Below, one piece after another: positions 41,724 to 52,466 of a stretch of 64,000 bases of DNA (positions within the stretch are counted from its first letter, which is position 1; each line of letters opens with the position of its first letter). Source of the DNA: an uncultured delta proteobacterium. GTDB lineage: Bacteria; Desulfobacterota; Desulfomonilia; Desulfomonilales; Desulfomonilaceae. The position numbers and the translations under genes were made by a program. The stretch is from the NCBI GenBank assembly GCA_963789265.1, contig CAWBKB010000001.1:768001-832000 (forward strand), in the 5' to 3' direction. The notes under the pieces were generated by a model, which worked only from the letters and a program-made list of their open reading frames with translations, had not been told where the DNA came from and searched no databases.

Positions 41724-42260
41724 ATGAAAGGTAGACCAAGAGGTCCCGTTGTGGCGGAACCTAAGGTCAGGGTGAACCAGAGGATACGAGCTGCGAAAGT
41801 GCGGGTAATTTCCCCGGATGGAGAGCAGCTTGGAATCCTGGAAGTTCCGGAAGCTCTTGCCAAGTCTGAAGAATTCGGCCTTGATCTCGTCGAAGTTGCT
41901 CCCAACGTGGATCCTCCCGTGTGCAAGATCATGGACTACGGGAAATATCGATATGAGGAGAGCAAGAAAGAACACGAGAGAAAGAAAAAGCAAGCCACAG
42001 TCGTGCTGAAGGAGATCAAGCTGAGGCCCAAGACTGAAGAGCATGATTTGGATTACAAGGTTAAAAGGCTCAAGCGCTTTCTTGCCGACGACTGCAAGGT
42101 TAAAGTCACCATCATGTTTCGGGGGCGGGAAATAACTCATCCCGAGCAAGCCCGTTTGCTAATGGATCGAGTCCTTGAAAAGGTCGGTGAAGAAGCGCAA
42201 GTGGAGCAGTCGGCTAAATTTGAGGGGAGGAACATGACGCTTGTCCTTGCCCCCAAATGA
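41724..42260 (+). CDS. infC: Translation initiation factor IF-3
   Basis: RVNQRIRA..VRVI, LDLVEVAP..PPVCKIMDYGK, KEIKLRP, FRGRE. Confidence 0.97.
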   Translation: MKGRPRGPVVAEPKVRVNQRIRAAKVRVISPDGEQLGILEVPEALAKSEEFGLDLVEVAPNVDPPVCKIMDYGKYRYEESKKEHERKKKQATVVLKEIKLRPKTEEHDLDYKVKRLKRFLADDCKVKVTIMFRGREITHPEQARLLMDRVLEKVGEEAQVEQSAKFEGRNMTLVLAPK

Positions 42261-42483
42261 GCCCGAAGCTTTCTGATGCCGATTTTCAAGGGCTTCCACT
42301 TTCGATCTTCAAGATTTTGTCCCGGGTCTGTTACTTTTGTTCGGGTGGGGGCCTAAAATGCAGCCGGCATGAGGACAAGATCCGACTAATTGCATGTGGC
42401 CGATGGGGATCTGTTTATTGCTTCGATCTGAAATAGGTCTAACTGGGACTAGAATGTGATTTCGAGTCCATGGCAGCCAGGCG

Positions 42484-42885
42484 GTGACGCAGATGCCCTT
42501 TGACGAGAAGAGAAAATTTACACGTGTACTTTTCGAGACAGCAATCAAAGTCACCGCCGGCCCAACGGTCATAGTCTCCAATCGCTTACGAGATATCAGC
42601 CTCGGTGGGGCTTTCGTGTTCACATCTAGTAATGCATTGGCGGAAAGGGCGTCATGTGTCTTGGAGATAGAGTTAATAGGTCGCGCCAGTCTCTTGCGGG
42701 TACAAGTGGAAGGCGAAGTTGTGAGGGTCGATCGGGAGGGGATCGCGGTAAAATTCACGAAGATCGACCTTGACAGCCTTGTGCATCTTCGTCACATGGT
42801 CAGGATACACGCACGTGATCCGCAATTGGTGGATGAGGAGTACGCCACGGCCCTGCTGGAGCTTGACTCGGATCAAACGCATTAA
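42484..42885 (+). CDS. PilZ-domain protein
   Basis: EKRKFTRV (RxxxR) and DISLGG. Confidence 0.9.
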   Translation: MTQMPFDEKRKFTRVLFETAIKVTAGPTVIVSNRLRDISLGGAFVFTSSNALAERASCVLEIELIGRASLLRVQVEGEVVRVDREGIAVKFTKIDLDSLVHLRHMVRIHARDPQLVDEEYATALLELDSDQTH

Positions 42886-43189
42886 GAGGTTGTAGTGTGG
42901 TGCCTTTTCTCGCGAAACTTTTCAGAATTCCGGCCGCGGTGGTCCGAGTAAAATCTAACTTGACCGACACTTCGATATCATTTATGCTTGAACCGGTTGT
43001 TTGGTAGTAGGCTGCGTTCGAATCCGGGGCTGATTCACCGACGTAAGGAGCCCCTTTTACCCTGCTTCTCCCGGTGCCGTAGACAATTACCAATCTTTTT
43101 TGGGGGTTGGGGCATGGCGTACGTTGGAACTTGGCGCAAACCTCAACGCGCTTCACCACCAATTTAGTAACAAATGAGGAATCTCATCA

Positions 43190-44662
43190 ATGAAAGCACT
43201 ACTAGTCTATCCTTCGATACCCGATACATTCTGGAGCTTCAAGCACGTACTGAAGTTCATCCACAAACGGGCCGCTCATGTCCCCCTAGGATTGTTGACC
43301 GTAGGAGGAATGATGCCCCACGACTGGGAAGTGCGTCTCATCGATATGAACGTGGAAACGCTTACGGATGAATGCATTGGGTGGGCCGACATGGTGTTCA
43401 TCGGGGCTATGGTGGTTCAAAAGGAATCCGTACGGGAAGTCGTAACGCGATGCAGCGCGTTGGGCAAACCCACCGTGGCCGGCGGCCCTCTTTTTGCGAG
43501 TTGCTCGGACGAATACCCTGAGATCGATCATTTCGTGCTTAATGAGGCTGAAATCACGCTACCAATGTTCCTTAAGGACCTTGCTGCGGGGAACCCGCGC
43601 CGACTTTACGCAACCCAAGAAAAGCCGGACATCACCCGTACCCCATTGCCCCGGTGGGATCTCATAAACATGAAGTATTACGCTTCCATGTCGGTGCAAT
43701 ATTCAAGGGGATGCCCTTTTGACTGTGAGTTCTGCGACATCGTCAACCTTAACGGCCGCAAGCCGCGGGTGAAATCCAACGACCAAATGATTCGGGAATT
43801 GCAACGACTCTACGATTTAGGCTGGCGCGGACGCCTCTTCATAGTTGACGACAACTTTATCGGGAATCATACGAAGGTGAAATCGTTGCTCAGGAGCCTT
43901 ATTCCCTGGCAAGAGGCCAAACGTTACCCCTTTTCGCTATTCACGGAAGCCTCGGTGAATCTCGCTCAGGACGAACAACTGATGAAACTCATGGCGTCCG
44001 CGGGCTTCGATGCTGTATTTCTGGGATTGGAGACACCTGCGGAGGAATGTTTGGCTGAATGCGGAAAGCACCAGAACTGCTCCATTGACCTCCTGGAGGC
44101 AGTTAAGACAATTCAAAGAAACGGCATGGAGGTTATGGGGGGCTTTATTATCGGTTTTGACAACGATCCACCCAACATCTTCGAGCGTCAAATCAAGTTC
44201 ATCCAGAACAGCGGAGTCGTCAAAGCGATGATCGGCCTCTTGAATGCCATCCCGGGCACCAGGCTGTACCAACGTCTGAAAGCGGAAGGGCGGCTGCTCA
44301 AGGATTGCACGGGGGACAACTGTGATGGGTCGTTGAACTTTGTGCCCAAGATGGATGCGCAAACTGTGAGAGAAGGGTACCAGGCAGTTTTGAATTGTGT
44401 CTATTCACCCAAAGAATACTATAACCGGATCCTGGAATTCCTTAAAGATTATAAGCCGATCCGTCGCAGACGGTTGAACCGGAATGAAATAATGGCTTTC
44501 TTGAAGTCTATAGTTTACTTGGGAATTTTGGACAAAGGTAAGAGCAAGATCTATTACTGGAAGCTCTTGATCAAGGCGTTTCTATTTCACCGACGATCTT
44601 TCGGGGAGGCTGTCTCCAGTGCGATTTACGGGTACCATTTCCGAAAGTTGCTGAGCAAATAA
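43190..44662 (+). CDS. B12-binding radical SAM protein (DUF4070 type)
   Basis: PLGLLTV cobalamin domain, RGCPFDCEFC, VDDNFIG, GGFIIGFDND. Confidence 0.92.
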   Translation: MKALLVYPSIPDTFWSFKHVLKFIHKRAAHVPLGLLTVGGMMPHDWEVRLIDMNVETLTDECIGWADMVFIGAMVVQKESVREVVTRCSALGKPTVAGGPLFASCSDEYPEIDHFVLNEAEITLPMFLKDLAAGNPRRLYATQEKPDITRTPLPRWDLINMKYYASMSVQYSRGCPFDCEFCDIVNLNGRKPRVKSNDQMIRELQRLYDLGWRGRLFIVDDNFIGNHTKVKSLLRSLIPWQEAKRYPFSLFTEASVNLAQDEQLMKLMASAGFDAVFLGLETPAEECLAECGKHQNCSIDLLEAVKTIQRNGMEVMGGFIIGFDNDPPNIFERQIKFIQNSGVVKAMIGLLNAIPGTRLYQRLKAEGRLLKDCTGDNCDGSLNFVPKMDAQTVREGYQAVLNCVYSPKEYYNRILEFLKDYKPIRRRRLNRNEIMAFLKSIVYLGILDKGKSKIYYWKLLIKAFLFHRRSFGEAVSSAIYGYHFRKLLSK

Positions 44663-44701
44663 GAGACTTCAGAGAGTGGGAAGCGGGGCGAACATTCAAC
44701 T

Positions 44702-45373
44702 CTATGCCGTGTAGCCTTCTCCTCTCCTCACAAATACCTCGTGGTCCAACTCCATCCTCCAAACGTCGTTCTCAAGGTACGGGCGTTTGTCAATGTGCCA
44801 GGTTTCCCACAGCCCAGCTATGCCTATCGAGAGGGATTCATCCTCGATACGCACATGTCCGCCGGTGAGAGCGGTGTGCCGACTTCTGAAATCACCCTGT
44901 CCATTTGGCCGAATAACTATACGGGTTCCTGTTTTGCCCACCCATTCGCCCGCAAAAACAAGCTGATCCGGTCGGAGCGGAGTGCTCCTCCAAGTCCAGA
45001 CAAGGTCTTGGACTCGGTGCTGGGCGATGAGCCCCACGAAGATAAATGTTGCGGCGAACAAACAGGTTCCTACGATCCCGAGCGCTTTCCCCACTTTCAA
45101 GGTGCCGATCTTCCGCGATGACATTAGCCCCCTACGGATCCGCTTCAGATCGGAATTTCCCATGATCCAGGCCACAATCCCTAGCGGTCCGCACATGAAC
45201 AGCGAGATAATTCCTAGGAGGAGCACTAATTCCGCATGGTTACTCCGCAACTGCGGAGCCGCTCCGATATGGTCGCCGGGACTGAGCTCCGGGCCCCACG
45301 GATCATTTGGTGCCGTTGTAAAACCTGAGCCGCAATCGCGGGATGAAGAATCAGAACTTTTGTCTTCATTCAT
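44702..45373 (-). CDS. DUF4190-like membrane protein
   Basis: LLLGIISL..GPLGIVAWIMG..DL..I..G..GKALGI; start approximate. Confidence 0.7.
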   Translation of the reverse strand: MNEDKSSDSSSRDCGSGFTTAPNDPWGPELSPGDHIGAAPQLRSNHAELVLLLGIISLFMCGPLGIVAWIMGNSDLKRIRRGLMSSRKIGTLKVGKALGIVGTCLFAATFIFVGLIAQHRVQDLVWTWRSTPLRPDQLVFAGEWVGKTGTRIVIRPNGQGDFRSRHTALTGGHVRIEDESLSIGIAGLWETWHIDKRPYLENDVWRMELDHEVFVRRGEGYTA

Positions 45374-45865
45374 TATTCGTTCCATGCAAACCGGGACCTC
45401 AATTTTCCGGCTCATTGGATAGGAGACCGGCCGGGGAACCAACGAGCGGCAAAACCTGGTCTGGTGGGTCGTAACGCGAATTGGCTGGAAATCAACCGAA
45501 TACCCAAAAAGAAGCCCGACGGATGTGACAAAAGGGTATGGCTCCAAACAAGGAGGATACGGTCGTCCCGCCGGGCGAATTGCAAGGCTAGCGCGTGTAT
45601 GATAAACGTCGTCAAAAAGCATGTCAAGAACTAACTGAAAGACATATTGAAACAACGCGCTATCAGAAGACATATTTCCCGGAATCATTGCATATCGGAA
45701 CCTGGTCTTGTTTCTTGACTTGTTCCCTTCGCGCTATACAATCCCGCTCACTGTGGAGTAAAGGGAGTCCAACATGAGAGGCAATCTCCCTGCTGCAAGA
45801 AGCGAGACATAACCCCATGACACACATGGATCAGATGACGTGTTAGGTAATTGAGACTCTATGAC

Positions 45866-46405
45866 ATGAACATTATCCAAGCCTACGGGACCGTTGACGA
45901 ACTATTTGGGAAATGGAAGCCATATCTTGGACGGGACTATCATGCCTATCGGAACCATGCATATCGCGTCTTCAATCTTTCACGTGCATTAGCGGGGTGC
46001 TCAGAGGACGATCAAGAGAAATTGGCTCTAGCATCTGCGTTCCACGACATCGGCATCTGGCTGGACGACACCTTTGACTATCTGGATCCGTCTGTTCGAA
46101 GGGCGGTAGACTACCTTTCAAGAATTGGCCGCGAATCCTGGTCTGAATGCATTGCTGAAATAATTTATCAACATCATAAGATATTTCCATGGCATGGACG
46201 GGAACAGCATCTCGTCGAGTCTTTTCGAAGAGCCGACTGGCTTGATGTTTGTCTCTTCTCACTTCCAACGCGATTGGAAAGATCCTTCCTGAGGGAAGTC
46301 CTACATACGTTTCCACGACACGGGTTTCATGGTCGATTGGTCCTTCTCACTCTTTATTGGTCCCGTAAACATCCGTTTAACCCATTCCCTATGTTCAGGT
46401 TGTGA
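45866..46405 (+). CDS. HD-domain protein
   Basis: YRNHAYRV, FHDIGIW, HHK, FRRADWLD. Confidence 0.82.
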   Translation: MNIIQAYGTVDELFGKWKPYLGRDYHAYRNHAYRVFNLSRALAGCSEDDQEKLALASAFHDIGIWLDDTFDYLDPSVRRAVDYLSRIGRESWSECIAEIIYQHHKIFPWHGREQHLVESFRRADWLDVCLFSLPTRLERSFLREVLHTFPRHGFHGRLVLLTLYWSRKHPFNPFPMFRL

Positions 46406-46637
46406 GGCGCCTAATTTTCGTTCAAGCAGACGAGCAGGCACAGTTCATAAGTTTTGTCGCGATTCTCTGCTCTCGCTAGCTTGCCACCCAATCGGCACTT
46501 GATGAGAGATAGACGATACGGCATGTGCCCCGCGCGATTGTGTGAGGAAGTTCCTGTATCTTGACTTGTGCCTATTGCGTGAACGGTTCCACTCACCGCG
46601 GAGTAATTTGTGCCCCCATGACTATGAAGGCCCTCTA

Positions 46638-47393
46638 TCAGAAGACATATTTCTCGGAATTGCGAATCATTCTAACCAACACCGGATGAAGAAGGCCCAC
46701 CGATTGCCTGAAAGCCTTCAAGAATGACCACCAATTCAACATTGCCGCAAGATTTGTTCGCAACTCGAGAGGCCGGTGCAAGAATACTTTAGCTCCGGGC
46801 CAATGAGCTAGAGGTGGAGAATCGAGGTCGTCTGAAATCACACGTAGGGATGTGAAAGGCACGGTCAAGCGCCTGGCTTCCAAACCGATGGCGTGACTCT
46901 CCATGTCTACAGCCTCAGCCCCGGTGGTGTTGTGCAAACTCTGACGCTCCTCACGAGCGAATACTGCATTCCGAACTGTGACGAGGCGAGTAACTTTCCA
47001 GGGTAGACCTTCTCCGTGGCATGCCGCGGCAACGGCTTCGACGGCAGGTGAGTGCCATTTGCAGATGCTGTCCGGATCATGGCCGAATAGCGTTTCGGAA
47101 GAGATTACCAGATGACCGACCTTAAGATGAGAGACAAGGCCCCCGGCGGACCCGACGCATAGGATTGTTGAGGGTCTGACATCCAGGTTTCTGACGGATG
47201 CCGCTGCCTTGTCCGGGCCGATGCCGCATCGCACGATCAATAGTCGGTTGCCTTCGAAAAAGGCTTCCCTGTAGGTCGCCTTTCCTCTCTTCCACCGGCG
47301 CCGCACCTCCACTCTATGAATGAACTGGTGCGCCTCAATGCCCATGGGGAAGATAAGGCAGAGCAGACCATTTTCCTTGTTCGCTGCAGACAT
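46638..47393 (-). CDS. PNP/MTAN-family nucleoside phosphorylase
   Basis: GIGPDKA, GSAGGL, AVDMES, LRVISD. Confidence 0.85.
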   Translation of the reverse strand: MSAANKENGLLCLIFPMGIEAHQFIHRVEVRRRWKRGKATYREAFFEGNRLLIVRCGIGPDKAAASVRNLDVRPSTILCVGSAGGLVSHLKVGHLVISSETLFGHDPDSICKWHSPAVEAVAAACHGEGLPWKVTRLVTVRNAVFAREERQSLHNTTGAEAVDMESHAIGLEARRLTVPFTSLRVISDDLDSPPLAHWPGAKVFLHRPLELRTNLAAMLNWWSFLKAFRQSVGLLHPVLVRMIRNSEKYVF

Positions 47394-47435
47394 AGCAGTA
47401 TATAGTAGATGAATCATGAGCCGGAAGCTATAGCT

Positions 47436-47939
47436 ATGTCTCCCGTAGATCTGGACCCGATCGACAAAAAAATCTTGGTGGCGCTCCAGGGCGACTTAGA
47501 CAGTTCAACGGAACCGTATGCCAGGATCGCCTCGTACGCGAATGTGTCGGAAGCGGAAGTGATTCGCCGCATAAAGAGGATGCTGGAAGAGGGCATCATC
47601 CGTAGAATCGGGGCCATGATACGACATATCGAAGCAGGGATCGGTTTCAACGGGATGATAGTCTGGAAGGTTGAACCACACAGAATAGATGAGGTGGGGC
47701 ATGCTATGGCCGAGTTCCCCGAAGTTACCCATTGTTACGAAAGGCCTCCTTTCGGGAAGCACGGGGGAACCCTCTTCACCATGGTCCATGCCTCGTCGCA
47801 AAGAGGCTGTCTCGAGATTGTGGAGCTTATGTCGGAAAAGACAGGTATCAAGGATTACGAAATCCTTTTCAGTGAACGAGAACTGAAAAAGGTCAGCATG
47901 ACCTATTTTGGCAATGAAGACCCCGAACAGGATGACTGA
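47436..47939 (+). CDS. ahbB: Siroheme decarboxylase beta subunit (Lrp/AsnC-like)
   Basis: NGMIVWKV, VTHCYER, LFTMVH, ELKKVSMTYF; next to hemL. Confidence 0.82.
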   Translation: MSPVDLDPIDKKILVALQGDLDSSTEPYARIASYANVSEAEVIRRIKRMLEEGIIRRIGAMIRHIEAGIGFNGMIVWKVEPHRIDEVGHAMAEFPEVTHCYERPPFGKHGGTLFTMVHASSQRGCLEIVELMSEKTGIKDYEILFSERELKKVSMTYFGNEDPEQDD

Positions 47940-47976
47940 CACCAAAAATAGGCAGTCGTTGAGCAGGCAGGTGGGA

Positions 47977-48167
47977 TTTACCGCGGAGGTCGCTGAGACC
48001 GGAGAGAGGAAGAATGTCTCGCACAACACCATGTAAGCCACGCCACCGCTGTGCGCGGTTAGGCCGGAATTGGATTCATTGTCGCAGACCTCAGTTCGCG
48101 AAATCTCATTTCACAGAAATGCAAACAAAACAGAATCCTCTGCGTTCTCGGCGCTCTCCGCGGTGAA
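47977..48167. repeat. Inverted-end repeat (TTYACCGCGGAG type)
   Basis: tttaccgcggag..gctgaga..ggagag / ctctgcgttctcggcgctctccgcggtgaa. Confidence 0.55.
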
Positions 48168-48203
48168 CGATTGCGAAAACAGAAGAATTAGGATGAGTAG
48201 CTG

Positions 48204-49484
48204 ATGAGCATCACCAAGATGTCCGAAGCTCTTTTTGATGAGGCGGAAACAATCATCCCGGGAGGGGTAAATTCGCCGGTACGTGCCTTCAAGGCAGTGG
48301 GGCTTCCGCCGCGTTTCATTCGATCCGGCCGAGGTTCAAGGATTGTCGACGAAGACGGGAACGAGTTTATCGATTATGTCGGCTCCTGGGGCCCGATGAT
48401 CCTTGGGCACGCCCATCCGGAAATCCTGGAAGCCGTCGAGACCGCGATGAGGAGCGGGACCTCGTTCGGTGCTCCTACACGCCGCGAAGTCGAAATGGCC
48501 AAGATCATCACCGAAATGGTCCCGTCCGTCGAGATGGTCAGGCTGGTCAATTCAGGGACCGAGGCCGCCATGAGTGCAATTCGCCTGGCCCGCGGCTACA
48601 CCGGCAGGGACACGATCATCAAATTCTCCGGTTGTTACCACGGCCATAGTGACAGCTTACTTGCTCGGGCAGGCTCGGGGGCGGCAACCTTCGCAATTCC
48701 CGATTCACTCGGGGTGCCGGGGAGTGTCGTGGAACAGACGGTAGTTGTCCCCTACAATGACTTGTCGGCTGTTCGCCTTCAGGTAGAAGAGAATCCGAAC
48801 CGGCTTGCTGCCGTGATAGTGGAACCAATAGCAGGCAACATGGGGGTAGTGCCGCCGCGAGAAGGTTTTTTGCGTGGCCTGAGAGACCTTTGCAGCCGGG
48901 ATGGAGCGCTCCTGATTTTTGACGAAGTCATCACCGGGTTCAGGGTGGGGCCTGGAGGAGCTCAGAAGCTGTACGGAATTAAACCCGATCTGACCTGCCT
49001 GGGGAAAATCATTGGCGGCGGCCTGCCGGCAGCAGCGTTCGGCGGGCCGAAGGCCATTATGGAATATCTGGCACCGGTCGGTGGGGTGTATCAAGCAGGG
49101 ACTCTCTCGGGAAATCCGCTGGCCGTCGCCGCCGGGCTAGCCACGCTCAAGGTCCTCCGGCGAGATAACCCCTACCCGGAACTTGAAAGGAAAGCGGCCT
49201 TGCTCTCAACGGGAATAAAGGAGATCCTTACGCGCAAGAGTGTTGCTCACACGGTCAACAGAGTGGGGTCTATGCTATCCCTCTTCTTCCATTCCGGTCC
49301 GGTAAATTCTTATGAGGAAGCATTGCAATCCGATAAAGAGGCTTTCAGGCAGTTCTTCGCTAAGATGCTGGACAACGGCATTTATTTGGCCCCATCTCCT
49401 TTTGAGGCATGGTTTGTAAATGCGTCGCACACGGAGGAGGACATCGAGAGGACGGTGGGGGCGGTCGAAAAGAGCCTCCAATAG
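48204..49484 (+). CDS. hemL: Glutamate-1-semialdehyde 2,1-aminomutase
   Basis: PGGVNSPVRAF, NSGTEA, FDEVITGFR, GKIIGGG, YQAGTLSGNP. Confidence 0.97.
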   Translation: MSITKMSEALFDEAETIIPGGVNSPVRAFKAVGLPPRFIRSGRGSRIVDEDGNEFIDYVGSWGPMILGHAHPEILEAVETAMRSGTSFGAPTRREVEMAKIITEMVPSVEMVRLVNSGTEAAMSAIRLARGYTGRDTIIKFSGCYHGHSDSLLARAGSGAATFAIPDSLGVPGSVVEQTVVVPYNDLSAVRLQVEENPNRLAAVIVEPIAGNMGVVPPREGFLRGLRDLCSRDGALLIFDEVITGFRVGPGGAQKLYGIKPDLTCLGKIIGGGLPAAAFGGPKAIMEYLAPVGGVYQAGTLSGNPLAVAAGLATLKVLRRDNPYPELERKAALLSTGIKEILTRKSVAHTVNRVGSMLSLFFHSGPVNSYEEALQSDKEAFRQFFAKMLDNGIYLAPSPFEAWFVNASHTEEDIERTVGAVEKSLQ

Positions 49485-49535
49485 TTGCACGCGGGCTGGT
49501 AGCTCGCGCTGCGTAGCATCAAAATAAAAAAAATG

Positions 49536-49550
49536 TGGCACCACCTTTGT
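49536..49550 (+). promoter_or_regulatory. Possible sigma54 -24/-12 promoter for the hydrogenase
   Basis: TGGCAC-N5-TTGT (consensus ends TTGC; one mismatch). Confidence 0.35.
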
Positions 49551-49778
49551 TACTACAGAATTCCCTTGATTTCGGCTCTTATTCACGATAGTGTACAAAG
49601 ATGCGTAAGGATACGCTCTCTATAATAGTGTTGTGTTTGACGGCGTTTCTAAATCCACAGCTACAAATCAACTTTTGACCCAGGGGCTCGAACTGTCGAG
49701 AGGTGTACCTGACTCCTGATTGAGACCTCGCGCCGGGACGAGGCAGGGCAGTATCAAAGAGTCCATGCAAGGAGGTTA

Positions 49779-50723
49779 ATGATGGACAAGTCTATTGACG
49801 TTCCCGAAAGGTTGGCACTGAAGGGCGTTGGCCGCAGGGACTTCATGAAGTTCTGCGGATTCGTGGCGACCGTTTTAGGCCTTCCCATGACCTTTGCTCC
49901 GCGTATAGCTGAGGCTATGGCAACCAAGCAGCGTCCCACGGTGATTTGGCTGAGTATGGCGGAATGCACCGGTTGCACAGAATCCCTTCTCCGCACTGCT
50001 AATCCCTGGATAGCGGACATCATCCTGGATACCATCGACCTGGCCTATCATGAGACGGTCATGGCCGCGGCCGGGCAGCAGGCGGAGCAAGTTCTCGAAG
50101 ACACAATTAAAAAGTACAAAGGTAAGTACATTTGCATCGTGGATGGGTCGATCCCCACAAAGGACAACGGCGCGTACGGCAGGGTCGGCGGAAAAACGAT
50201 GATGGAGATCGTTAAGAATGGCGCGAAGAATGCCGCGGCCGTGATCTGTGTGGGAAATTGTGCCAGCTACGGCGGTATACCTGCGGCCAAACCCAATCCC
50301 ACGGAAGCAAAAACAGTAACAGAAGTAACCGGAGTTAAGACGGTCAACCTCGCGGGTTGCCCGCCCAATGCCGATAACATTGTGGCGACGATTGTTCATT
50401 TTCTCCTGCTGGGCAAACTCCCTGCACTTGATAAGCATGGGAGGCCTCTGTTCGCCTACGGTCAACTAATTCACGACAATTGCGAACGAAGGGGACATTT
50501 TGAAGCTGAAGAGTTTGTGAAGGAATTCGGTGATGAAGGCGCGGCCAAAGGCTGGTGCCTCCGGAAGGTAGGCTGCAACGGTCCTGAGACGCACAGCAAT
50601 TGTCCGAAGATCCGGTGGAACCAGGGGACCAACTGGCCGATCGGCGCGGGCCATCCATGCATTGGGTGCATGGAACCACACTTCTGGGACAACATGAGTC
50701 CTTTCTATGTTGAACGAAGCTAG
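49779..50723 (+). CDS. Periplasmic [NiFe]-hydrogenase small subunit (group 1)
   Basis: Tat RRDFMK, ECTGC, GNCA, GCPP, HDNC, HPCIGC; no C-terminal TM anchor. Confidence 0.96.
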   Translation: MMDKSIDVPERLALKGVGRRDFMKFCGFVATVLGLPMTFAPRIAEAMATKQRPTVIWLSMAECTGCTESLLRTANPWIADIILDTIDLAYHETVMAAAGQQAEQVLEDTIKKYKGKYICIVDGSIPTKDNGAYGRVGGKTMMEIVKNGAKNAAAVICVGNCASYGGIPAAKPNPTEAKTVTEVTGVKTVNLAGCPPNADNIVATIVHFLLLGKLPALDKHGRPLFAYGQLIHDNCERRGHFEAEEFVKEFGDEGAAKGWCLRKVGCNGPETHSNCPKIRWNQGTNWPIGAGHPCIGCMEPHFWDNMSPFYVERS

Positions 50724-50776
50724 GTTCAGTACAAATGTCACCCAATGAAGTGAGTTTTTAGAAAAGGAGCGAAACA

Positions 50777-52445
50777 ATGGCAAGAGTCGTCGTTGACCCC
50801 ATTCCGAGGATTGAGGGTCACCTGCGCATAGAGGTAGAAGTACAGAATGGCAAGGTGAAGGACGCTTGGAGCAGTGGAACGCTCTTCAGGGGGATTGAAA
50901 TAATTCTACAGGGACGTGACCCTCGGGATGCCCACCTGATTACCCAGCGTTCCTGCGGTGTTTGCACCTTAGTCCACTCGTTGGCCTCCGTCAGAGCGGT
51001 GGAGGATGCTCTCAAGATAAAGATTCCCCCCAATGCCAGAATCATACGTAACTTGACCCACACGCCCCAGAAACATGCACGATCACCCGGTCCATTTTTA
51101 TCAATTGTGTGCCCTGGACTGGGTGGACGTAGTATCGGCCCTTCACGCGAACCCAAAGAAGACCGCAGATCTCTCCAACGCGGTCAGCGGCCGGCCTCAG
51201 AGCGCGAAGTATTACGAAGCTCTCAAAGGGAAGTTGAAAGCTTTTGTGGACTCCGGCCAACTGGGTCCCTTTGCTAACGCCTATTGGGGCCACCCTGCTT
51301 ACAAGCTTAATCATGAGGCCAATCTGATGGCCGTGGGGCACTATCTGGATAACCTGCGCAACCAGGTTTATGCTGCTCAGCTCACTGCAATTTGGGGCGC
51401 TAAGAACCCACACCTGCAAGGACATCTGCCCGGCGGCGTGACTGTAGCTCAGCAACTTGCCAGCGTGGAATGGATTGCCAAGTACAAATACATGCTCGCC
51501 GAGCAGATCAAGTTCATCGAGCAAGTCTACATTCCGGACATCTTGGCTGTGGCCGGTTTCTACAAAGACTGGACTAAGATCGGGGGAAACAAGAACTTTC
51601 TCTCCTACGGAGATTTTCCTGAAGGCCCAGAGGAACCGGAGAGCTTCTACTTCAAAAGAGGCGCAATTCTGGACGGAAAACTCAATCTTGTGAAAATCGA
51701 CCCGGGGAAAATTACCGAAGAAGTGGCGCACTCCTGGTATGAGGGGGGGAAGCCGTTACATCCTTACTCAGGTGAAACCCTACCGCTTTCGGGTGACAAG
51801 CTCAAGGGAGCGATTCCCGACACCAAAGACCAGAACGGGAAGTACAGTTGGATCAAGTCGCCCAGGTACGACGGGAAGGTCATGGAAGTAGGCCCGCTGG
51901 CTCAGTGCCTGACGTCCTATGTCGGCGGCAACAAGGAGATCAAAGAGAATGTCGACATGGTGTTGAAGAAGCTCAATGCAAAGCCTGATGCGTTATTCTC
52001 CACCTTAGGACGGATAGGGGCCCGCGGTATCAAGTGCCTGGTTAACGCCAGGAGGGCCCAGAAATGGGTTGACGACCTCGTCGCGAACCTTAAGAAGGGT
52101 GACACAAAGACCTTCACATCATACAAGCTCGACGAGAGTTCCAACGGTGAGGGCATGGGTCTAAATGACGTCGCGTGGGGCTCCCTGGGGCACTGGGTCA
52201 TTATAGAGAAAGGCAAGATCAAGAACTACCAGCAAGTTGTTCCGTCCACGTGGAACCTTGGACCCCGGGATGCTAAAGGGCAGAAGGGACCTGTAGAGAA
52301 CGCTCTTATCGGAACCCCCGTTGCCGATCCGAAAAAGCCTCTTGAAATTCTCCGCACAGTCCATTCCTTCGATCCATGCATTGCCTGCGCGATACACGTG
52401 ATCGATCCCCACACAAACGAGGTCTACAAATTCAGGATCTCCTGA
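50777..52445 (+). CDS. [NiFe]-hydrogenase large subunit (+1 frameshift near 51072)
   Basis: [23 protein letters not shown] with cleavable C-terminal tail. Confidence 0.95.
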
Positions 52446-52466
52446 TAATAGACCGGAACCACTCGC

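Noticed and set aside
43190..47393. Hopanoid cluster (HpnP-like radical SAM plus HpnG-like phosphorylase)
   Set aside because: The radical SAM looks like the generic DUF4070 type, the genes are not operonic, and no shc/hpnH is nearby
52360..52400. [NiFeSe] hydrogenase
   Set aside because: C-terminal motif is DPCIAC with Cys codons; no UGA
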